Part shown: positions 31,237 to 36,715 of the stretch, in pieces
Numbering within the stretch: the first letter of the stretch is position 1
Layout of the letters: the number at the start of each line of letters is the position of its first letter
Virus record (IMG/VR): IMGVR_UViG_3300006123_000028
Location: 1-36,715 of that record
Direction: 5' to 3' (one strand)
Source of the DNA: a virus
Lineage: Duplodnaviria; Caudoviricetes
Length of the DNA stretch: 36,715 nt
The notes under the pieces: generated by a model
What the model was told of the DNA's origin: nothing
Database searches by the model: none
The model's input: the letters and a program-made list of their open reading frames with translations, nothing else
Program-made: the position numbers and the translations under genes

Positions 31237-32250
31237 TTAGTAGGCAGCGCTGGTGGCGTTGATGATTGTTGCTTGGATTGGTGCGTAGCCGCTTGAGGCG
31301 TCGGTTGTGTTGGCGGTGGCCGTGAACTCGACCTCCAGCTCAGTGAACTCCTTACCTCGGGTGCGCTTGATGTTGTGGATCTGCGCCGCGCTCATGGTCA
31401 AGGCGACCGAGTGCTGGGTTCCGCTTGTGGCGTCGTTGGGGTCGGTCAGCGTGACGGTGATGGCCTCGGGTGAACGGGTCAGACCGTATGCGCTCGAGCC
31501 GGTGGAGAATACGTCAGCCGTCGAGTTGATGACGAACGTGAACTTGCCGGTCACTTCGATTGGGCCGGCGAAGGTGTCGTAGGGCGCCTGCTGGCCGAGC
31601 GTGTAGATGGCCTGCGTCTTGCGGCTGATGCTGATCTCGCCCGACTGCACGTTGGCGTAGGAGGTGCCGCCGATGGTGATGGCGGTGTCCCATGCCGGGA
31701 TTAGGTGCTCGGTGGTGGCGAAGCTCAGCGAACTAAAGACGGTTGGCGCGCTCGTGTAGGAGGTGTAGGGGTTGGCGAGGAACTTCACCGTGGCCTCGGC
31801 TGCTGCGTCGGCGCCGAAGGTCAGCGTCAGCGTGTCGGCTTGCGAGTTGGTGGTGGTGAAGTAGTTAGCGCCGTCGAAGTCCAGAATGGAGAACGAGGGT
31901 GGCTGCGAGCCCGTGGCGGGGTTGTTCAGCACCTTGATGGTGTGCGTGTAAGGGCCGGCGCCGGTCTTCGTGTCGGCTCCTCCGAGAATGGAGCGGATCA
32001 ATGCGGGGAAGGTGTCGGCGTAAAGAAACGCCTTAAATTCCACGTCATCGCTGCGGACGCCCTGCACCATGTCGTAGACCGTGGTTGGTGAGCCGCGGAG
32101 CGCCTCGTCTCGCAGGAAGGTTTGATTCGGCGTGATCTGTGGTGACGTGACCGGGATCCAGTAGACGGTGCCGCTTGTGGGCAACGTGCCGGGCGTGGTC
32201 TCGACAACCATGCCGAGGTAGGAGTTGGCTGTTAAGAAGGCTTGTGCCAT
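31237..32250 (-). CDS. Major tail (tube) protein
   Basis: YLG...ETTPGT, LRDEALRGS, QPPSFSI.D; position and size. Confidence 0.88.
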   Translation of the reverse strand: MAQAFLTANSYLGMVVETTPGTLPTSGTVYWIPVTSPQITPNQTFLRDEALRGSPTTVYDMVQGVRSDDVEFKAFLYADTFPALIRSILGGADTKTGAGPYTHTIKVLNNPATGSQPPSFSILDFDGANYFTTTNSQADTLTLTFGADAAAEATVKFLANPYTSYTSAPTVFSSLSFATTEHLIPAWDTAITIGGTSYANVQSGEISISRKTQAIYTLGQQAPYDTFAGPIEVTGKFTFVINSTADVFSTGSSAYGLTRSPEAITVTLTDPNDATSGTQHSVALTMSAAQIHNIKRTRGKEFTELEVEFTATANTTDASSGYAPIQATIINATSAAY

Positions 32251-32259
32251 GTCTTGTCC

Positions 32260-32478
32260 TTAGTTGGTGGTGGTTGGGGCTGGGGCGGTGGTTGCGTCCG
32301 TCACAGGGGCTTCTGGGGCGGTCTGGGGCGCTGCTGGCGTGGCGACTGAAGTCCAGCGCCCGTCGGCTGGGTCGGTGTCGATTGTGGTCACGTTGGGGAC
32401 CGCAACCAGCACGTTGCCGTTGGTGTCGAGCAGGTTGGGGTAAGCGCGCTCTTGGGTGTCGGTGAAAATGAAAGGCAT
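32260..32478 (-). CDS. Small protein upstream of the major tail gene
   Basis: AAGGA RBS; Pro/Thr/Ala-rich tail. Confidence 0.7.
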   Translation of the reverse strand: MPFIFTDTQERAYPNLLDTNGNVLVAVPNVTTIDTDPADGRWTSVATPAAPQTAPEAPVTDATTAPAPTTTN

Positions 32479-32487
32479 GTCTGGTCC

Positions 32488-33036
32488 TTATGAAAGGTAG
32501 GTGTTTGCTGGGGTGATCTCGATTATGCGAACGCGCACGGTGGAGACCACTTGGGTCACGCTCGCTGCGCCGTTTATCTGGCGCGGGTAGTAGGACGCGA
32601 CCTCGATGTCCGTCCCGCCGCTGGTGCTGCCTTCTCCCCACTGGAAGATTGGCGCCGTCGGTTGGTTGTAGACCGCTGGGCCTCCGCAGTTCTTTGATGC
32701 TCGGATGGCGTTGGTGAAGCTGTCTAGAAACGTTTCGGCGTCGACGCCGGCGTCCTCGGTCTTGCGCTTGTTGGATCGGAAGATGCAGGTGAACACGACC
32801 TCGTAGGTGATCTCCTTGCCGCCACCCGTAGCGCCGGTGAGCTCGATGCGCTTCTCGCTCTGGTTCTCGATGTAGGGGTAGACGATGCAGCCTTGTTGGT
32901 GGCCGGGGTCTTGCCCTTCGTAGAACTCGCCCTCGGGTGTGAACTTGGCGGGGAAGTTCTTAACCTCGGACAGGTAGGTGATGCCGGCGCCGTTGAGGTA
33001 ATTGATAAATTGCTCGCGGACGGTGGTGCGGCTCAC
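32488..33036 (-). CDS. Tail terminator-like protein
   Basis: Position, size and GTGA coupling. Confidence 0.65.
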   Translation of the reverse strand: MSRTTVREQFINYLNGAGITYLSEVKNFPAKFTPEGEFYEGQDPGHQQGCIVYPYIENQSEKRIELTGATGGGKEITYEVVFTCIFRSNKRKTEDAGVDAETFLDSFTNAIRASKNCGGPAVYNQPTAPIFQWGEGSTSGGTDIEVASYYPRQINGAASVTQVVSTVRVRIIEITPANTYLS

Positions 33037-33944
33037 TGGCGACCGCCGAGAACCTTGTAGGGCTCGAGCAAGTCGTAAGCCTGCAGCTCGTCCTCTTGGC
33101 TGGTCTGCGAGCGCGAGCTCACCGCTGCGGGCTCGCCAATCTCGTTGATGACGAGGCCGCCTTCTCCGCGCTGCTTGACGAGGGCGACGACCAAGTGGAT
33201 AACCGCTTGCTTCACCGACGCCGGCAGGGTCGAGACGTTGACGCCGATGCCGTGGTTGAACTGCAGGCCGCTGGTGAGCGTGATGGTGGTGCCGGTCACG
33301 CTGGCGACCGTGGCCACCTCGTCGTTCATGCCGTCCCAGATGGTAATCGTCATGCCGGGGTAAATGCCGAGCGCGTCGGTCACCGAGAGCGTGGTGGATC
33401 CGACGCCTGCTTGTGCCGTGGTGAATGAATTAAACCAGCCGTTGATGTAGGTGTATTGGCACCACATATTGGTCTGGTATCCCCAGCGGCCACCGGCGAT
33501 GCCGAGGCTGCCGAAGTAAAGCCCGAGCGTGCTCGGGGCTGTCAGCGTGAATTGGTCGCGGTCAATGGCGACGTTGTTGGCGCTGATCTGGATGTCGGTA
33601 AGTCCTGCGCCGGGTCCCCAGCCGACCTTGATGTCGGTGACCTCAAGGACGGGCGTGAAGCTCGGGGCGAAGATGAGGTTCCCGTCTCGGTTGGGTCGGT
33701 ACCAGCCGTTCTCGGTATTGCTCGTAGCGTTGAGCGAGCCCATGCGCCCGTAGCAGAAGGCGTCGGCCTTCGAGCTCGCGCGCTTGATCAGGTCGGCCAG
33801 CGCGCGGTCCTGTGCCACTTGGCTGGCGTTCTCGATCAAGTTTGAGAAGTCAATTGCCGAGGCGGTGGGGCTGAACTTCACCTCGTTGAGCGAGACGTAG
33901 GGCTCGATTAATCCTTCGGTCTGGAAGAAGGGCGCGACGACCAT
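33033..33944 (-). CDS. Head-tail adaptor protein
   Basis: Start re-called at ATG 33944; PYVSL.E, LI.RAS..AD..C, YTYINGW, LPASVKQAVI, LLEPY. Confidence 0.8.
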   Translation of the reverse strand: MVVAPFFQTEGLIEPYVSLNEVKFSPTASAIDFSNLIENASQVAQDRALADLIKRASSKADAFCYGRMGSLNATSNTENGWYRPNRDGNLIFAPSFTPVLEVTDIKVGWGPGAGLTDIQISANNVAIDRDQFTLTAPSTLGLYFGSLGIAGGRWGYQTNMWCQYTYINGWFNSFTTAQAGVGSTTLSVTDALGIYPGMTITIWDGMNDEVATVASVTGTTITLTSGLQFNHGIGVNVSTLPASVKQAVIHLVVALVKQRGEGGLVINEIGEPAAVSSRSQTSQEDELQAYDLLEPYKVLGGRQ

Positions 33945-34201
33945 TAGTTCTCCTCGAGGTTGGTGCCGCCGCACTTGCCGCAGCGGTCACGGATCAGGGC
34001 GCTGAAGCCGCAGTCCGTGCAGATGAAGCCCTGCCGAACGTGACTAAAGTTTGTCCCGGCAATTGCGAAGTCTCCCGATTTCACGAGCGCGCGGGCGGCT
34101 GCTCCTTCGACGTGGAAGGTGCCGTCTTTCTGCATCGGGATGACGGCGCCGTCGTTGATTGTGACCTCTTTGAGGTTCCGGTCTGATCCTACGAGTCGCA
34201 T
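33944..34201 (-). CDS. Small zinc-ribbon protein after the capsid gene
   Basis: ATG 34201 after AAGGAG; CTDCGF...CGKCG. Confidence 0.75.
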   Translation of the reverse strand: MRLVGSDRNLKEVTINDGAVIPMQKDGTFHVEGAAARALVKSGDFAIAGTNFSHVRQGFICTDCGFSALIRDRCGKCGGTNLEEN

Positions 34202-34227
34202 GCGTTCTCCTTTGCTTGGGGGGAGGG

Positions 34228-34301
34228 GAGCTGCGCTGGGGGAAAGGGGAAGGTAAACCCCAGCGCAGCTCAACCCTCGGTGCTAGGCGCGGTGGCCTAG
34301 C
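34228..34301 (-). other. Structured intergenic RNA after the capsid gene
   Basis: Hairpin GCTAGGC/GCCTAGC, then a perfect 14-bp stem GAGCTGCGCTGGGG/CCCCAGCGCAGCTC with loop UUUACCUUCCCCUUUC; no U tract. Confidence 0.65.
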
Positions 34302-34313
34302 GAGTGTGGCTTA

Positions 34314-35987
34314 TCAGCCGGTGATGCCGGTGATGAGGCCGGACCACGCTGGTGCGCGGAAGGCCACGGTGCCGTAGGTGTATGACGAAAGGTCATAGGT
34401 AAAGCCGATTTGTGGCCATTCCAACAGGAGCGCGTCGACGACATTGTGCACCTCGACAGTTTGGCTGACGCCAGAGTCGGGGAAGGGCAGCTGCTTCTGG
34501 TGGATCACCATCGTGCCGGTTGGCATGAAGCGGTGCGTGACGAGGTCGAGCATCGTGCCGGTGGCTTCGTTAGCAACACCCGTGACCATCGCACCGATCG
34601 ACACGCCGTCGGAACCCGTGGCGTAGTTGAAGCGGTAGGAGGTGCTGGACTGCTGCGTCTGCAGTGCCTTCGACAACGCGCGGCGGACGGCGGCTGAAGT
34701 GAAGATCACTTCGGGGTCGGCCATCGTCGAGTTGTAGAGGCTGACGAGCGCGTCCTGAATGAAGCCGGCAGGCTCGCTCTGTGAACCGACCGTGTTGTTG
34801 AACTGGGCCTGATAGCCACCCGACTGGGCGAACGTGCTGATGAAGCCGTCGTAGCCGGTGCCGGAGTTCGAGCCAGCAGCGTAGGCGTTGTATGAGCCGT
34901 CGGTGCTTGGGTAGGTGCCGCTGATCGCTGCGAAGCTCAACCCGGTCACGCCTGAGGCGAGGCTCGGGGTCGTTGCCTTGTAGGTGGTGCTGCCGACGAC
35001 AACGTAGACGTTGACTGCGACTGCGCCGTATGGTGCGGTGCCGGTCCAAGTGACCGAGACGCCCTTGCCTGCGGTTGCGTTGGTCACGGTGCCGGCGCTC
35101 ACTCCTGCGGTCTCACCGTAGGCGGACGACAGCGTGATGTAAACGGCGCTCGATGACGTGGCGGGCAAGCCCGAGCCGGTGCTGTCGTTTGCGGCGGTGA
35201 CCGAGGTCAATGCCGACGTGGGCAGCGCGGTCGAGACGGCGTTCAGCAGGTTGCGCTCTTCGGCGAGGAAGTGGGACCAGAGCAAGCTCGTGTGTGAGAG
35301 CTGGCGGAGGTCGGTGTAGCCCTGCGAGGCGTATTCGGCCTGCAGTGAGACCGAGTCCGAGAGGCCCTGCTCGACGAAGCTCTTAACGATCTTGTCGGCT
35401 GCGTACTGGATCAGCGCAGGGCGGTTCAATGCCACGCCGCCAAATGAAGTACTGGCGGTGTTGGAGTTGAAGAACGAGGACAGGTTCGCTACGCCACCGA
35501 CGCCGGCGTTCGAGAGGCCGGTGATGCGACGGAATTCGAGCGCCTGGCCCTGTGCCTTAATGCGGGCAGTGGAATTGCGCAGAAATAATTCCTTTGGGAT
35601 GAGGAGGCTCAAAACCGGATCGAGATCATAAGGCACGAGGCCGCTTACGCCCGAGACCGATGAATTCAACGGGTTGGTCAACGTCCATTCGGAGCCGGCC
35701 TTCGTGAGGTCGGCGAGGCCGTCGAGTGACGACTGCACGGCGGCGAGCTGGTCGCCCGAGATGGACTTCGTGATCTCGGTCTTCAGTTCGTCAATGCGTG
35801 AAGCGGTCGAGGCCGTCTTCTGGATTCCGCGCGTTGGGTCGAATGAAATTTCACCGCGGCGAGAAGCGTTGAGGGTGGATGCGTGGACGGTGCTGAGGGC
35901 TGACTTGTAAGCCTCAAAGCGCTTGACCTGCTCGTCGGCTGGGAGGCCGTGGAAGAGCTGGTCAAGGGAAGGAGCGGCGAGTGCCAT
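34314..35987 (-). CDS. Major capsid protein with an internal beta-rich insertion
   Basis: GLVPYDL, LRNSTARIK.QG, DLRQLS...LLWS...EE, HRFMP.G, AFRAPAWSG.ITGI; position after the protease/scaffold. Confidence 0.88.
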   Translation of the reverse strand: MALAAPSLDQLFHGLPADEQVKRFEAYKSALSTVHASTLNASRRGEISFDPTRGIQKTASTASRIDELKTEITKSISGDQLAAVQSSLDGLADLTKAGSEWTLTNPLNSSVSGVSGLVPYDLDPVLSLLIPKELFLRNSTARIKAQGQALEFRRITGLSNAGVGGVANLSSFFNSNTASTSFGGVALNRPALIQYAADKIVKSFVEQGLSDSVSLQAEYASQGYTDLRQLSHTSLLWSHFLAEERNLLNAVSTALPTSALTSVTAANDSTGSGLPATSSSAVYITLSSAYGETAGVSAGTVTNATAGKGVSVTWTGTAPYGAVAVNVYVVVGSTTYKATTPSLASGVTGLSFAAISGTYPSTDGSYNAYAAGSNSGTGYDGFISTFAQSGGYQAQFNNTVGSQSEPAGFIQDALVSLYNSTMADPEVIFTSAAVRRALSKALQTQQSSTSYRFNYATGSDGVSIGAMVTGVANEATGTMLDLVTHRFMPTGTMVIHQKQLPFPDSGVSQTVEVHNVVDALLLEWPQIGFTYDLSSYTYGTVAFRAPAWSGLITGITG

Positions 35988-36008
35988 TCTGGTTCCTTTG
36001 GTTAGTGG

Positions 36009-36715
36009 TTAGTTGTTTGCTTCCAGCGCTCGAGCGGTCTCGAGGTACTGGTTGCGGAGTGCGGGGTCGGTAATCTGCTTTGCCAAGTTGCGGAGGCGCA
36101 TGGCTTCCACTTCGTTGGCGAGGACTGCTGCCGACTTGCTGGTCTGCTCTCGTGTGGCTCGCAGTGCGGGTCCACCGGGGGCTGCCATTGACTTCACCTC
36201 GTCAAGCGCGGCCTTTAGGAGTTCGATCTCCTCTGTCGCCTTGCTCAATTCGGCCTTCGCCGTCATGACTTCTTCAAGGCCCAGCGCCTTGACGATTTCG
36301 GAGCGCAGTTCATCCTTGACCTCGGTGGTCGCGGTGTCTGCGCTTGCGTTCTTGATCAGGTCGGCGCTAACGCCGAGTCCGATGTATGCCATTGTATCTC
36401 CTGTTTGGTCGTTGTCCCACCCGGTGAATGGGGCTTCTGTCTGATTCTCGCTGGCCTCGTCGGTCCACCAGTCGAGGAACATCTTGAGCGTGCAGAGCAG
36501 CTGCTCCACGTCGCACGTCTCGTTGTCGTCGCCGGCCAGCATCTCGTCGAGCTCGGCCTTAATGCAGTTAATCAATCCGAGGCGGATCTGCTCGAGCTCG
36601 GCGGCATCGTGGTTCATGTCCTCGGCTGCCTTCGTGGTCTCGGCGTCGGCACCCTTCCAGTTGTCTGGCACCATCTCCTCGTGGCCGAGCGCCTTTGCTC
36701 GGGCCTTGATGTGGG
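36009..36715 (-). CDS. C-terminal part of the prohead protease/scaffold; truncated at the right edge
   Basis: Frame is open to the window edge (HIKARAKALGHEEMVPDNW); acidic coiled coil; V..MAAPGGP motif; directly upstream of the capsid gene. Confidence 0.75.
   Translation of the reverse strand, partial: HIKARAKALGHEEMVPDNWKGADAETTKAAEDMNHDAAELEQIRLGLINCIKAELDEMLAGDDNETCDVEQLLCTLKMFLDWWTDEASENQTEAPFTGWDNDQTGDTMAYIGLGVSADLIKNASADTATTEVKDELRSEIVKALGLEEVMTAKAELSKATEEIELLKAALDEVKSMAAPGGPALRATREQTSKSAAVLANEVEAMRLRNLAKQITDPALRNQYLETARALEANN

Noticed and set aside
268-36444. Long plus-strand ORFs in the track (e.g. 2125-3006, 15738-16643, 26234-27253)
   Set aside because: Antisense shadows of high-GC minus-strand genes, with no motifs or RBSs.
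1-36715. Stop-codon reassignment
   Set aside because: Genes tile the minus strand with TAA, TGA and TAG all used as true stops, and conserved genes are uninterrupted.

Overview
A near-complete, circularly permuted genome of a high-GC siphovirus that probably infects Actinobacteria (it carries two WhiB genes and an Rpf gene). Every credible gene is on the minus strand. Read in transcription order (right to left), the window holds: the C-terminus of a prohead protease/scaffold, the major capsid, head-tail and tail genes with a -1 frameshifted chaperone, a short tape measure, an NlpC/P60 endolysin with membrane proteins, tail fibre genes, a metallophosphoesterase, a holin and a permuted NlpC/P60 protein, ending at a terminator near 18.05 kb. 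Early/middle operons follow: SSAP, SSB, two WhiB fusions, a replication initiator with internal iterons, HNH, VRR-NUC, two solitary DNA methyltransferases, Rpf, YqaJ exonuclease and an HslV-like Ntn protease. Last come ParB-methyltransferase, TerS, TerL and a portal with a long C-terminal extension that runs off the left edge. No integrase or CI-like repressor was recognised. The most striking signal is a predicted ~95-nt small RNA at 18039-18134 whose loop-exposed seed is complementary to an extended ribosome-binding motif (CCTGAGGAGG, usually with the AUG) found at five gene starts, four of them the first gene after a predicted early/middle promoter. This suggests a one-to-many antisense translation switch. 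A second anti-RBS hairpin follows the capsid gene, and the portal gene carries the same 12-nt slippery context as the tail chaperone. All product calls come from motif recognition by eye; no database search was run.
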